Position numbers and translations under genes: made by a program | The notes under the pieces: generated by a model | What the model was told of the DNA's origin: nothing | Databases searched by the model: none | What the model saw: only the letters and a program-made list of their open reading frames with translations | Shown: positions 24,421 through 38,222 of the stretch, piece after piece | Position numbering within the stretch: the first letter of the stretch is position 1 | Layout of the letters: every line of letters starts with the position of its first letter | Assembly (NCBI RefSeq): GCF_001194135.2 | Contig: NC_068990.1 | Location: 13,666,975 to 13,730,974 of the forward strand | Origin: Octopus bimaculoides | Lineage: Eukaryota | Length of the DNA stretch: 64,000 nucleotides | Reading direction: 5' to 3'

Positions 24421-25372
24421 TGATCTGAAACTAAATAACGTTAACAACGCCAGATCTTTAATTTTCTCTCAAAGGCTAGCCTCGTTCGCACTAGTCATTT
24501 GAAATTAAAAACGGGTAACAGTAAACTTGTGAATTCAGCTTACTGACATGACATAAACTCTTCGCAACCGCTAGATCTGCTGAAGTAACAGCCATATATA
24601 TTTGAAATCAGACCTTACCTATTGTTTTGTTTTTTTGTAAAAGAATCCATTTTTTTTCTGTCGATTCGAAAGAGGTTTTGGTGGCCTTCTAGCATTGTAG
24701 GAGGAAGGAAGGAAAGTATCTTCTCACCGAACAGCTATTTGCTACAACGTACATTATGCCAAAGCACCCAAGGACCAAGACTGACATCCAAGATCTCAGA
24801 AACGCTTAATTCTACAAATGCAATACGCAATTTGATCGATTGCCTTAATCATTCTGTCAGTCAATTGCTCTGGGCTATTTCAACTCAAAGCACAACAACA
24901 AAAAAACGGGCCAAAATTTGCAACGCATTTTGCTCTACATTCAACCAGTTTTGCCAACTCACCGCCACATTACTAGTAGTTTGTTTCATCAGGTTTCACC
25001 CCTGGCTACACAACAACAACTGTATCAACAGCAACGACGATAACAACAATAATAACAACGAAAACTACAACTACAAAGAACACGTGACAGGTTTACTAAT
25101 AAGCGTAGAAGCGAAATAACGGAGTCGCTAACGTTCAACCGGTAAGAAACAACTGCCGAACCCCACTCAGTCTGATACCTTATTAACTTGTTAAAGACGA
25201 TGTAGTCCTAGATACGTAATGCATAAGAGAAGGACGGGTGGTCATATCTAGAATGGCGTTTTCATTATTCTAGTCGAAAAGATATAATCTCAGTCTACAC
25301 AAGGATAACAATATTAAACGTAGGAGCATTTATACGTCTCTTAGACCCACTAAATGTATCAACTAGTGGAAA

Positions 25373-25674
25373 GGGTAAGAACTCCCTTCGGTCATGAATG
25401 ACCATTGGATTGTACTTAGAAAGATCCCATCCGAGGCACATGCCCAGACAAGGTTATTTATGGAAGGCCAGCAGTCGTCCATGCGTACCAGCCTCCACTG
25501 TCCAGACCACTGATGTTATCCAAGGGCAAAGAAAACACAAAGAACAATACAGCTTGACACCAGTGAATGTGGCAACTCATTTCTATAGCTGACTGAACTG
25601 GGGCAACATGAATAAACACACAGCCTGGTCCGGGAATCGAACACTACTTCTTGATTGTAAGCCCGTAACCGCCT
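25373..25674 (-). mobile_element. tRNA-derived SINE, family E
   Basis: Minus head with B-box-like GTTCGATTCCC; head resembles those at 40500, 54500 and 57116; body differs. Confidence 0.65.
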
Positions 25675-26035
25675 TTGAAAAGGAAGGGCTCATTTGAATG
25701 ATAGAAATGTACTTAAGGACGTGATGGCTGGAAAGTCTTTCATCATAGCTCCGTTCGTTAAGGACTGAGCTAAGGCTAAGCAACACTAACAACAAATCAA
25801 CTAGCTAGAAATAGCAGCTAAATACCACTGACTTTACGTTTGACCACCTTCATCACATCATTATAAGAATCGACATACAGTAGTCAGTGATGTAAAATGT
25901 TGTCTATAAATCACCTGATAGTCTCAGCACCAACACCTTTGATTATAAGTGAAGTCATTAAAGGTGTCATACATACAAAATCGCTCACTCACGCTCCCTA
26001 TCTCTCTGACGACGAAGCTGGTTCTCCTTTTAGAT

Positions 26036-26230
26036 AATTCGTTCTAATTTTTGGCACAAGGACAACGATCTTGAGGATAAAGGACGTGTCGATTACACTG
26101 ACCTCAGTGCTTAACTGCTACTTATTTTATTGAGCCCAAAATGAGAAAGATAAACTCGATCAAGGTAGCATTTGAATTCAGAACGTTAAGCCTGAAGAAA
26201 TTCGCTTATGCATTTTTGTCCGCCAGCTCA
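26036..26230 (-). mobile_element. diverged family B SINE
   Basis: TTTTGGCACAAGG, GTCGATTACACTGACCTCAGT and TTTGAATTCAGAACG in order. Confidence 0.7.
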
Positions 26231-26831
26231 ATGTCATTACTTTCGAGATAATAATAACACTAAGAGTAGAGAGCAATTAACTGATAGTAGTTCACAAAGC
26301 AAGCGAGTATCAATTCAATGCCATTACACACAGAGCTTATTTTCACTACTGAACACTAATGTGAAAGGGCATAGCAGGTGACAACTGCAACGTTTGTATT
26401 TTTATCCATCGTCCCTATTTTTCTTGCAGTGCGCGACCATTTGCTATGGGTCAAGTTTCTTTACTTACGAGGCTCTGAAGCCAGCAACTTTTAATCCACG
26501 TTTATGAATTTTATTTAAAACAGTAAAAAATTAATATTTTAGATAAGGATTTCGTCATTTATGTTTCCACAGTTCTGTTAATAAGGTTATAAGATATTAT
26601 TGTCTTTGACTTAAGAATTGTTGTGCTATGCTCTGCGATATAAATATGGGACGAAGTCGTAGATACTACGTGTTATAAACACATCCAGAATTGAAAGGCT
26701 ATCGAAGAAAACATCGTTTGGAAAAGTATGTCTTGAAAAGCAAGATATGACCCATCACATATACATATATAGGATTTATGTTATTTATATTCATATTTAT
26801 ATTAGAATGACAATAAATATTTAAAATTAAG

Positions 26832-27007
26832 CAATTGCAGTCTGGAAGGTGTTTATAAGTCATTTAAGAAACTGCAGCACGGAATTTTGTCAGTGAACAG
26901 GTCGCGGTCTCAAATATTTTGGCAAATTAAATTTAAATGTTGAAGTGAATCTAACCATTTTTGTGTGTTTCTTAAATGGCTTATAAACACCTTCCACGCT
27001 GCAATTG
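26832..27007. mobile_element. fold-back element with 41-bp inverted arms
   Basis: 26832-26872 versus 26967-27007, 38 of 41 complementary. Confidence 0.75.
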
Positions 27008-28295
27008 TTTTCGTTCCAGCACATGATCTCAGAGCAGGTCACTTGCTATGCAAGTACATCTCCGTAATATTTAAAATTACATTCTGGTAAATAGAACAGG
27101 AAGATATATCACTTACATCCGTTTGAAAAAAGAGAACCTTTAAACAAGAAGACAGGCAGACAGACCTAAAGCAGACTTGAAGTGGACATGGTATGTCATT
27201 GTTGGAGGTTGCAAATGTCGATGAAAGGATTTTGACACACCTGGTGGATTGATAAAAATGATTAATTATTAATCAAACAATTAATTAGTTAACGAATTAA
27301 CTAACACTAATAAATGAACCGAACCAGGGAGTGTGTTTGTTATTGACATAATGATCATTTGAGATGCAGCAAATTTGTTTCAACACACGATTTCACATGG
27401 CAAACCAAATACAAAAACGAAACATTTCAATAACTATTCAAGGAATTGTCTGCTGCTTAGAGAAATGAGACCGTTCTGTTTTGTAATTTAGTAATGATTT
27501 CCCTCTGGAGGAAAACGATAAGAAAAATTTAGTGTTTCCAAAGAATTCAATATATCGTTTCTGCTTTATTTTATTTATTTTTTATCATTCTTCATTGCAA
27601 AATCAGTCGAAAATGCTTCATTGTACTATCTTCTACATATAACTGTCCAGATGTTAGAAAATTGTAATGGAATATTGTTAAGTATTTAGATGAAACGCCT
27701 CCATGTTTAATATGAATTTATTTGTGGCAACCTTATAACTGACAAAGAGTCGGTTAGGTATTTGAACCAGTTCTTATCTGCTGCGTAGATATCAGTAAAG
27801 TGGAACAGGAGAGCTTCATTGCTTTCAAAAAGGAATCACTATCTTCTCACTGTTGGTCTCTGCTCAGCAACCACGTAATCAAAATAAGCGTAGTTTGGAG
27901 TCCTGGACTAATATATCAGCCTTCTCTCTCGTTGACTATTTATATGAGATAATTAGAGCATGAGGACGTTCTAATACATGGATGCTGCTTCCATAGAGAA
28001 TGGAAATAGTATTCATTATCAAACTCCGAAATATTTAAAGAACGTATATATACTTATGTGCGTTTGTGCCAGTGCGTGTATATACATATATGCATACGTA
28101 CATAGATACATACATATATATATATATATACATACATACATACATACATACATGCATGTAAGCATACATACATGCATGCATACATGCATATATCCATACA
28201 TATATACATACATACATTCATAATACGTTATACATTCGGTCACACATAGCTATCTATCTATCTATCTATCTATCTACCTATCTATCTCCATATGA

Positions 28296-28358
<63 letters not shown>

Positions 28359-28360
28359 TG

Positions 28361-28391
<31 letters not shown>

Positions 28392-30306
28392 ATGTATGTA
28401 NNNNNNNNNNNNNNNNNNNNNNNNNNNNNNNNNNNNNNNNNNNNNNNNNNNNNNNNNNNNNNNNNNNNNNNNNNNNNNNNNNNNNNNNNNNNNNNNNNNN
28501 NNNNNNNNNNNNNNNNNNNNNNNNNNNNNNNNNNNNNNNNNNNNNNNNNNNNNNNNNNNNNNNNNNNNNNNNNNNNNNNNNNNNNNNNNNNNNNNNNNNN
28601 NNNNNNNNNNNNNNNNNNNNNNNNNNNNNNNNNNNNNNNNNNNNNNNNNNNNNNNNNNNNNNNNNNNNNNNNNNNNNNNNNNNNNNNNNNNNNNNNNNNN
28701 NNNNNNNNNNNNNNNNNNNNNNNNNNNNNNNNNNNNNNNNNNNNNNNNNNNNNNNNNNNNNNNNNNNNNNNNNNNNNNNNNNNNNNNNNNNNNNNNNNNN
28801 NNNNNNNNNNNNNNNNNNNNNNNNNNNNNNNNNNNNNNNNNNNNNNNNNNNNNNNNNNNNNNNNNNNNNNNNNNNNNNNNNNNNNNNNNNNNNNNNNNNN
28901 NNNNNNNNNNNNNNNNNNNNNNNNNNNNNNNNNNNNNNNNNNNNNNNNNNNNNNNNNNNNNNNNNNNNNNNNNNNNNNNNNNNNNNNNNNNNNNNNNNNN
29001 NNNNNNNNNNNNNNNNNNNNNNNNNNNNNNNNNNNNNNNNNNNNNNNNNNNNNNNNNNNNNNNNNNNNNNNNNNNNNNNNNNNNNNATATATATATATAT
29101 ATATATATTCATTTATTTAGATACATATATTCATTTATTTAGATACATATATTCATACATACATATATATACATATATATATATATGTGTGTATGCATGT
29201 ATGTATGTGTCTATGTACGTATAAACATATGTATATGAATATATGTGCGCTTACACTTTACATACAATCACATTGCGCTGAAGTAAAACGTTACAAGACT
29301 GCTAAACCGGAAGTGAGAAAGTTTTGCCGGGAGAAATTTATGAATCACCAGTGACTTGTTTAACTGCGATTTCACTTTTTATTCATGACCAATGCTTTAT
29401 TTCCAGCCACGTACCACTCACAGTTGCATAGAATTTGGAGAAACTTGAACGCAATCCATCAAACTCTCTTTTTGTTTTGCGAAATCAGCATTTAGTGTTG
29501 TAGCAAACACTGCAGCGGCCATTTTACTCAGCTCGCCTTTGGCTAAATGATAATAAACAAAGTAGAAAAGTTTGACATTCGCTTTTATCAGCTAAAATAT
29601 ATTGTGAATGCACACTTGTTTGTCTGTGCGAGATTGATCTAATAGTAAACAAAACAAACCAATAAACAACCATTGAATAACTATTAAATATCACTTTATT
29701 ATGAAGGTTTCTATAAATCCTATTCCAATCTAGTGAGAAGTATTGAGCTTGAATTAAATTCTAATTCATTCTTAAGCAGTTACTAAATACAGCCATTGTA
29801 TTTTTAAATTAGCTCTTCTACCTTCAACAGTTGCGCAATTCTGCCGCCAGGAAGACGAAGATTTTAAAAAGTATATTCTTTATTCACACATGTTCATCTT
29901 TGAAACTCACATGAAACAATCTTGCTTATTTAAACATCACATGCACACAAACACACACATACATTCTCACGTACATTTATACAAGATAATTCAGTAAAAA
30001 TCAACAAATAACTAATTATAAATTAGTTCTTCATGTGATCATTTGTGAACACAAATATTAAATTGATTAAAAATAAATAACGCCACCGGTGTAGTGATAC
30101 ATCACTGAGAAAATATAAGGTCTAGCATTGTCATGTGTATGTCATTGTGATTTAGCCTGAGAATTACGTGAAATGAGTCGTTTTTATTGGAACTGATCGA
30201 GTTACACGCTAATTCCACGAATATCAATTCGGTTGGGCAAGGAACAGCGGTTCATTTCAGACAACAACAGAAAATCGACCAAACCACTGTGAATAAAAGT
30301 ATCAAA

Positions 30307-30364
<58 letters not shown>

Positions 30365-30750
30365 CCTATCTACCTATCTACCTATCTATCTATCTATTTA
30401 TCTATCAATTTATCTATTTATCTATCTTTCTATCTATCTATCTAACTATGTCTGCCTATCTGTCTATCTATCAAACTATCTATCTATATATGTGTATGTG
30501 TATGTGTGTGTATGTGTATGTGTGTGTATGTGTGTCTGTGTGTGTGTATGTTTGCCTATCTATCTATCTATCTATCAATCTGCTCGTTTGTTGTTCTGTC
30601 TGTCTGTCTATCTGTGTACTTATCCTATCCATCCGTCTCTCAATCAATCAATCTACATACACATAGTCGGTGTCTATAAATCTGTCTATATATGTGTATG
30701 TGTGTATGTTTCGTGCACGGTTGTATGTGTGTGACTGTCTTTATACTTAT

Positions 30751-30794
<44 letters not shown>

Positions 30795-31131
30795 TGACCA
30801 ACAAGATACTCGGGTTTCAGTTGTACAAGATCCCTTTGATTGTGTCGAGAACGAGGAAAACGTTTTGAAAACTTTGCATAGGCTCTGATCATGTATCGCC
30901 AAGCTTTTGACAAAATGTGATGCAGATTCTCTGCTCAACTTTGTCATGTCCAATGTGACGATCACACGCTACACAAGAAATGTTGTAAACCACGGAAGTG
31001 AGTTAGGGCGTTAAAACTTAATGTACATGCACAGCAGAGTTCAAGGTCAATCTGTTCCAAGCGGATTTACTCTTCGTGCTTAGCTTCGTTACTATGGCAA
31101 CAATCTGGATACCTACTGATCAAACCACGTA
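30795..31131 (-). mobile_element. mariner transposon 5' part with terminal inverted repeat
   Basis: Minus translation DKVEQRICITFCQKLGDT (mariner N-terminus); end TACGTGGTTTGATCAGTAGGTATCC is TIR-like and abuts a TA tract. Confidence 0.8.
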
Positions 31132-31132
31132 C

Positions 31133-31168
<36 letters not shown>

Positions 31169-32274
31169 GCGTGCTTATTCGTGAAAAAACAATAAATCAC
31201 TAACTATAACTGTAACTACTTGTCGACAGAATTAAGATGTTGATTTATATAAACGTAACCGGGAAACAAGACAGGGGCTGTTTAATATTTATTTAAAAAT
31301 TCCTATTTTGAGAGTCTGTCGACAAATGCCTCTACCTTTGTACCGCGTTACACCACTTAGAACGAGCATTTTATTTTATTTTATTTTATTTTAACGTTCA
31401 GTCTTAACGTTGAAAATTATTCTAAACTTATTTTTTAGTCTATTTTTTCATCGATATATTTATCTTCTCTTTGCCTGCCTATAGAGATCGCTACACGCAA
31501 GAGAAAAAACAAACATTTTAAAATTTACTTTATACGCCTGCAAGCACACAAACTCACACATTTGTATAGCTTTTAGCACATATGCGAGAACTATATTCCT
31601 TTAAATATGTACAAGATGCACATACAGACGTACACACGATTTTATTTGTATACATGCAAAGAAGAGAACACGCATGTTCGCCTAGACAAACACATGCAAC
31701 ATATATGCACATTTAAACACAAACACTTACACACACGCACGCACACATATACACACACATAGGCACAAACACTTGTCATTCATTTACGAAAAACAACCGT
31801 TCGGTCGTTAATCTAACTGCATGTCACCAGAAGGAAAAAGTTGATTAAATTTTTCTATTCTGTAGTATTTTGAGCCTTGTTAAATTAATGCTAGCGACAA
31901 AGGTTTTCTTAATCAATTCACAACATTAGGGTTTTTCTTCTATGTATCTTGGTTTGTGGATATGTTTCAAATTTAGAATGAAATTTGTTGTCCATATTTC
32001 ATAGTAAAACTATTTTACTCCCTTATTCATTTTTTACGCTTTATTCTTTTCTTTTGTCTTTTGTTATATTTTTCCGTTTTATTAAAATATTTTTATAAAC
32101 ACAATATTACCCTTTTATTTCAGAATTATAGATCTTTTTCCCTCAGTTTTGTATTTCTCGCTGCATGTAGACTTGATACCCCAACGATAATATTTTCCTA
32201 CAAGTCTCAAAGCGATATTCAGGGTTATTTGTCTAAAATAATCTTTCTGTCATAACCAGTTCACAGAATAAAAG

Positions 32275-32486
32275 TTTTCTACCAAATTTTGGCACAAGGC
32301 CAGCGATTTCAGGAAAGGAGTTAAGTCGAACACATCGACCCCAGTACACAATTGGTAGTTATTTTATCGTATCTAAAAGGATGAAAGGCAAAGTCGACCA
32401 CGGATCAATTTGAACTGAGAGCTTAAAGGACGAAATGCTGCAATGTATTGCGCCCGGCGAGCAAACAATTCTGCCTTCCTTTCACC
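32275..32486 (-). mobile_element. family B SINE
   Basis: GGCACAAGGCCAGC...AAAAGGATGAAAGGCAAAGTCGACC...TTTGAACT. Confidence 0.85.
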
Positions 32487-32987
32487 ATAATATTACCTCT
32501 CTACATGATAGACCCAGTGAACTCAGGGCACCCGTCGTGTACATCAGAGGTGCGCAATGTCCATCAACAATTCCGAAAGATGATAAAAAAAGACGCTGAG
32601 AAGAAACTTGCTTTTCCAACACACGACTATTAAGCTCGGATGCTCACGTGATGAAAGCTAACAAAAATATAAATAGGTCAAAGTGATAAATCAAAATTTA
32701 TGTTGTATATATTATGATGCCAATCCTATTCGTTGAAAATTTTGGAAATGAAGTTAAGAAAGTATGTTACTACCAAAATCTTAGTAGAAAATCGTTTGTC
32801 TTTGCGTTGTCAGTATATTTAATTATTTATTTGTTACAAATGATAGAAAGATGAATTGTAAGTAAAATATATTTGTAGAATTACCATGATTTTTTTTTTC
32901 CATACGGAGACAGTTAATTCAGAGGACTGTTAAGCGAAAAGCGTACGATATCCTGGCATGACATTATAAATCTAATATTCACTCAAT

Positions 32988-33129
32988 GTTCAAATTTTGC
33001 CGAGGTTGACTTTGCCTTTCGTCATTTCGGGTTCGATTAATGAAGTACCAGTTGCGTACTGGGGTCGATTCTAATCGACTGGTACTCTCCCCCAAAACTT
33101 CGGCCCTTGTGCCTACAGTACAAAAAATA
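32988..33129 (+). mobile_element. 5'-truncated family B SINE
   Basis: GTTCAAATTTTGCCGAGGTTGACTTTGCCTTTC...CCCTTGTGCCTACAGTACAAAA. Confidence 0.85.
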
Positions 33130-34131
33130 GTCACTCAATGTTATTTTTTACACCCTTAATCACATTTCGAGTAAATTACACACACACGCACACGTGTATA
33201 TATATGTGTGTGTGTGATTTGAAATAAGATGTCACTACTTTTAATATCATCAGTGGATAAAGTTTAAAATTGATGGTATCAACAGGAGTAAAATAGGTGG
33301 ATCGCAGGCAAAACAGCATGATATAGCTATGAATTATATTTTTGAACGAAGCGTTATGATGTTTAAAAAGCATACACCTGCTAGAAATAAGAGCTAAAGT
33401 CATAAATTAATCCACGCTACAGCGCCAAGGTTACAGAGATAAAGAGTAGGCGAGGAAAACAGAAAGAATAAATGCATACATACATATATATATATATATA
33501 NNNNNNNNNNNNNNNNNNNNNNNNNNNNNNNNNNNNNNNNNNNNNNNNNNNNNNNNNNNNNNNNNNNNNNNNNNNNNNNNNNNNNNNNNNNNNNNNNNNN
33601 NNNNNNNNNNNNNNNNNNNNNNNNNNNNNNNNNNNNNNNNNNNNNNNNNNNNNNNNNNNNNNNNNNNNNNNNNNNNNNNNNNNNNNNNNNNNNNNNNNNN
33701 NNNNNNNNNNNNNNNNNNNNNNNNNNNNNNNNNNNNNNNNNNNNNNNNNNNNNNNNNNNNNNNNNNNNNNNNNNNNNNNNNNNNNNNNNNNNNNNNNNNN
33801 NNNNNNNNNNNNNNNNNNNNNNNNNNNNNNNNNNNNNNNNNNNNNNNNNNNNNNNNNNNNNNNNNNNNNNNNNNNNNNNNNNNNNNNNNNNNNNNNNNNN
33901 NNNNNNNNNNNNNNNNNNNNNNNNNNNNNNNNNNNNNNNNNNNNNNNNNNNNNNNNNNNNNNNNNNNNNNNNNNNNNNNATATATATATATATATATAGG
34001 TATATGTTTATAAGTATATACAGACATACATAGCGCACATATACTGATACAGGTACATTATATATATATACACATAACATAAATACATATGTTTATACGT
34101 GTGTGTGTGTACATGTGTGTGTTTGTGTGTG

Positions 34132-34174
<43 letters not shown>

Positions 34175-35027
34175 AAATCTAATTCTTACAATTATTCCTT
34201 TTATTTGTCTAATTTAATTTCGGTGTTTTGTTTTGTAGAGGAAAGAAACGATAGAATGAAAAAAGTCAAAATACAAAATATAATTGCTTCTGTATCATTT
34301 GTTTTCATCATTTTATGCATTATCTCGATTCAATGACATGTATAAAGCGAGAAATAAAAGCACCACATAAATTGTGAATTATTTAACTGGGATGATTTTC
34401 GAAGTAAAATTGTAACAGGCAACTTCAGAAATTATTCATGCGCAAAAAATAAAAAGGCCTGGAATGAGACTTATATAAATACACACAAACAAACACTAAC
34501 ACACACACACATACACACTTACTCGCACGCACACACATACACACACATGGGTATGTGTGTCTGTGTGTCTGTGTGTGTGTTTTGCGCAGAAATACGGACG
34601 TGCATAGATATATACATAGTAACATAGAGATACACATACATGTGCATATGTATGTATTTACATGTAATTGTATGCATGCATATATATGTATGTGTGTATA
34701 TATATACATATACATATATTGGAATAAAAATTAGTTTTGTCAACTCTATTTCTCCTCATTTCTTGAAAGAAGAGCAAGTTTCAAGTTTTAAACTTGAAAG
34801 AGCACGAGCATTTCGGCCTCAAAATTTCGGATAAATTCTTTTCTAGAAACTCAAAATAGAGAAATTTTGTCACTTACTGTAAGAACACTTTGAATGCAGT
34901 TGTCACCTACGCTTGACTTTTGATGCTTTGAAAATGACATTCAGGATATGCATATCAAAGATAGACTGGCGTACCACATACATATTCACAGATATTTAAG
35001 ATAATGTACCTGGGTAAGAATGAGTTG

Positions 35028-35401
35028 CAGGTGTGTCAGTGGGGTAAGAAGCTTGCTTCCCAACCACATTGTTCCGGGTTCAATCTCATTGCGTGGCACC
35101 TTGTGCAAGTGTCTTCTACTATAGCCTAGGGTCAACCAAAGTCATGCGAGTGGATTTGATAGAGGGAAACTGAAAGAAGCCCGTCGTATATATATATTAC
35201 ATGTGACCTCGAGTATATCGTTGGCGATTTTCTTTCTCCGTCTTCCCTTATTTGCACTTTTTCTATATTTCTAATAAAGAGCTCCGCTCGAAACGTGAAA
35301 CCCTCTTTCTTTTCTTTCCTTTCCTGAGCGTCCAGTAATACCGTACTTACTCAACGTCCTCGTGTTGTTGTTTTTTCTTGCTTGTTCATGTTTGGATTGA
35401 C

Positions 35402-35468
<67 letters not shown>

Positions 35469-35650
35469 ATGTGTGTGTGTGTTTGTGTGTTTGTGTGCCT
35501 GTGGTTGTCCCCCACCATCGCTTGACAACAGATGCTGGTGTGTTTACGTCCTCGTAACTTAGTGGTTCGGCAAAGAGACTGCTAGGCTTACAAAGAATAA
35601 ATCCGGGGGTCGATGTGTTTGCGGTTCTCCAGCATGGTCGCAGTCAAGTA
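35028..35650 (+). mobile_element. family A SINE split by an insertion in its TA tract
   Basis: A 5' half 35028-35197; A 3' half 35403-35650 with deletions. Confidence 0.8.
35198..35402 (+). mobile_element. short TA-flanked element with degenerate hammerhead core
   Basis: TTT-CTAATAA-A-GAGC tcc GCTC-GAAAC-GTG-AAA at 35268-35300; similar architecture to 44461-44581. Confidence 0.6.
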
Positions 35651-36164
35651 AAAAATATATAATTGTAACGAATAGGGAGTGGAATAATTACTTTTATTTA
35701 TAGCATAAATGCTAGTAATTTTTAGGAAATATTTTATGTCATTTCACCGGATAAGACGCAATATTGACTTGAAAACATTTAATATACTTCGTAGCATATT
35801 ATGGATGCAAAACGAAATTCCGTGTCCTTGCTAGCAATTAATATGTACGAGCCAGTTGCCAGGAATGTGTTTAATATGTAAATTGGTATATCAACTTATG
35901 TTTCACCGCTAAACTTAGTAGTGAGTATTTAAGCAATGTGATCATGGATATTTGATGGGTTGGACGCGGTGGTGATGAAAAAGCAATAATACCTATTTTC
36001 TCTACCATCGATTGCATTGTATACATAAGTACATTCGTTTACGAAACGTCGTGATTTTCGTTACTGGATCTGAATTCACACAGAGATAAACTGTATGCAT
36101 GTGAATATATGTATGTGTGTGTGTGTTTGTGTAGTATGAATGTAAGTACAACTGTGTGTATCAT

Positions 36165-36363
36165 AATCACACGTCCCGGAATTTGCGGGGGAGGGCTCAG
36201 TCGATTAGATCGACTCAGTACGTAACTGATACTTAGTTTATTGACCCCGAAAGGATGAAGGGCAAAGTCGGCCTCGGCGGAATTTGTACTCAGAACGTAA
36301 AGACACGAAATACTGCTAAGCATTTCGCTCGGCTTGCTAAAGTTTCTTCCAGATCGACGCCTT
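36165..36363 (-). mobile_element. family B SINE
   Basis: Full set of B blocks. Confidence 0.88.
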
Positions 36364-36825
36364 CTGTGTGCATCATAATACAAAAGATTTACAAGCTTCG
36401 CTTCTATAAATTCTGCGTGAAACGGGCGCCAAGAAATTTTCCTTATTAAAGCCACAGAGACATGCATACACACAAAGAATGACATAAACCCCTACACACA
36501 GAAACTCACAAAAAACAACACACAATAAAAAAAGTATGTAGAAATGTGACTGCGAATTTAGTTAGTTAAAAAAAATCGCAAAAGATGTCTTCGGACTATG
36601 AAAATTTATGATTTATGGATGAAATTTATATTAATAGATCGATATCTCCAACTTTATATTCAGGAATATCAAGTCATGCTTGTTCGTATGTAAATATAGA
36701 TAGGTAGATATACAAATGTATATCTATCTATGTATATGTGTGTAATAATAATAACAATTATTTTTTTTTTAAAGTTTTGTTGTTGTTCTTTTAATTATTA
36801 TTATTATAATAATTATTATTATTTA

Positions 36826-36886
<61 letters not shown>

Positions 36887-36887
<1 letters not shown>

Positions 36888-36998
36888 GCATCCTTTCCGG
36901 ATCGATAAAACAAGTTTCAGATGAGCACTGGGGTCGATGTAATCGATTTATCCTTTCACTTGAAACTGCTGGTCTTGTGCTAAAATTTGAAAATTATT
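36887..36998 (+). mobile_element. family B SINE 3' fragment
   Basis: CATCCTTTCCGGATCGATAAAA...CACTGGGGTCGATGTAATCGA...GGTCTTGTGCTAAAATTTGAAA. Confidence 0.75.
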
Positions 36999-37010
36999 AT
37001 TATTATTATT

Positions 37011-37411
37011 GAGTGAGAGAGCAGGGTATTCCTTCAAAGTGACACTGGGGAAAAATATACGAAGCCCATTATACCCATCGTGACTACCCGTTTGATAAGG
37101 GTACACCAGGCACATGCATCGCAACCATATGTGTGCGACGTGGTGATCTCATATCACGATAAACAGCGCATGACCTTGAATAATGTTTGTTGAAGGATGT
37201 TGAGCGAAACACCAATGTTTCCAAAGGTGAATTATTCAAACCCCAAAGAATTCCTCTCAAAACATGTCTATGATGCTCCCCCACTACTTCTGCTCATGAT
37301 CAGAGATGCACATATCATCAGCCACCAAGGGACATGCTCAACTGGTTAAGGTCAAACAACTGACAAGCAAATCTGTGGTATTAAGCAGAATATTTGCTGT
37401 AGACCATCTTT
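37011..37411. mobile_element. family C repeat
   Basis: Reverse complement of 20677-21121 with a different internal deletion; starts in (ATT)n. Confidence 0.85.
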
Positions 37412-38222
37412 TCTATTATTAATATTATTATTATCATTACTANNNNNNNNNNNNNNNNNNNNNNNNNNNNNNNNNNNNNNNNNNNNNNNNNNNNNNNNNN
37501 NNNNNNNNNNNNNNNNNNNNNNNNNNNNNNNNNNNNNNNNNNNNNNNNNNNNNNNNNNNNNNNNNNNNNNNNNNNNNNNNNNNNNNNNNNNNNNNNNNNN
37601 NNNNNNNNNNNNNNNNNNNNNNNNNNNNNNNNNNNNNNNNNNNNNNNNNNNNNNNNNNNNNNNNNNNNNNNNNNNNNNNNNNNNNNNNNNNNNNNNNNNN
37701 NNNNNNNNNNNNNNNNNNNNNNNNNNNNNNNNNNNNNNNNNNNNNNNNNNNNNNNNNNNNNNNNNNNNNNNNNNNNNNNNNNNNNNNNNNNNNNNNNNNN
37801 NNNNNNNNNNNNNNNNNNNNNNNNNNNNNNNNNNNNNNNNNNNNNNNNNNNNNNNNNNNNNNNNNNNNNNNNNNNNNNNNNNNNNNNNNNNNNNNNNNNN
37901 NNNNNNNNNNNNNNNNNNNNNNNNNNNNNNNNNNNNNNNNNNNNNNNNNNNNNNNNNNNNNNNNNNNNNNNNNNNNNNNNNNNNNNNNNNNNNNNNNNNN
38001 NNNNNNNNNNNNNNNNNNNNNNNNNNNNNNNNNNNNNNNNNNNNNNNNNNNNNNNNNNNNNNNNNNNNNNNNNNNNNNNNNNNNNNNNNNNNNNNNNNNN
38101 NNNNNNNNNNNNNNNNNNNNNNNNNNNNNNNNNNNNNNNNNNNNNNNNNNNNNNNNNNNNNNNNNNNNNNNNNNNNNNNNNNNNNNNNNNNNNNNNNNNN
38201 NNNNNNNNNNNNNNNNNNNNNN

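Noticed and set aside
24622-25119. 165-aa ORF
   Set aside because: No recognisable domain, ends in an AAC repeat, no clear splice context
31088-31101. Host ciliary-gene promoter
   Set aside because: The X-box-like motif lies within a mariner remnant and no gene start is visible
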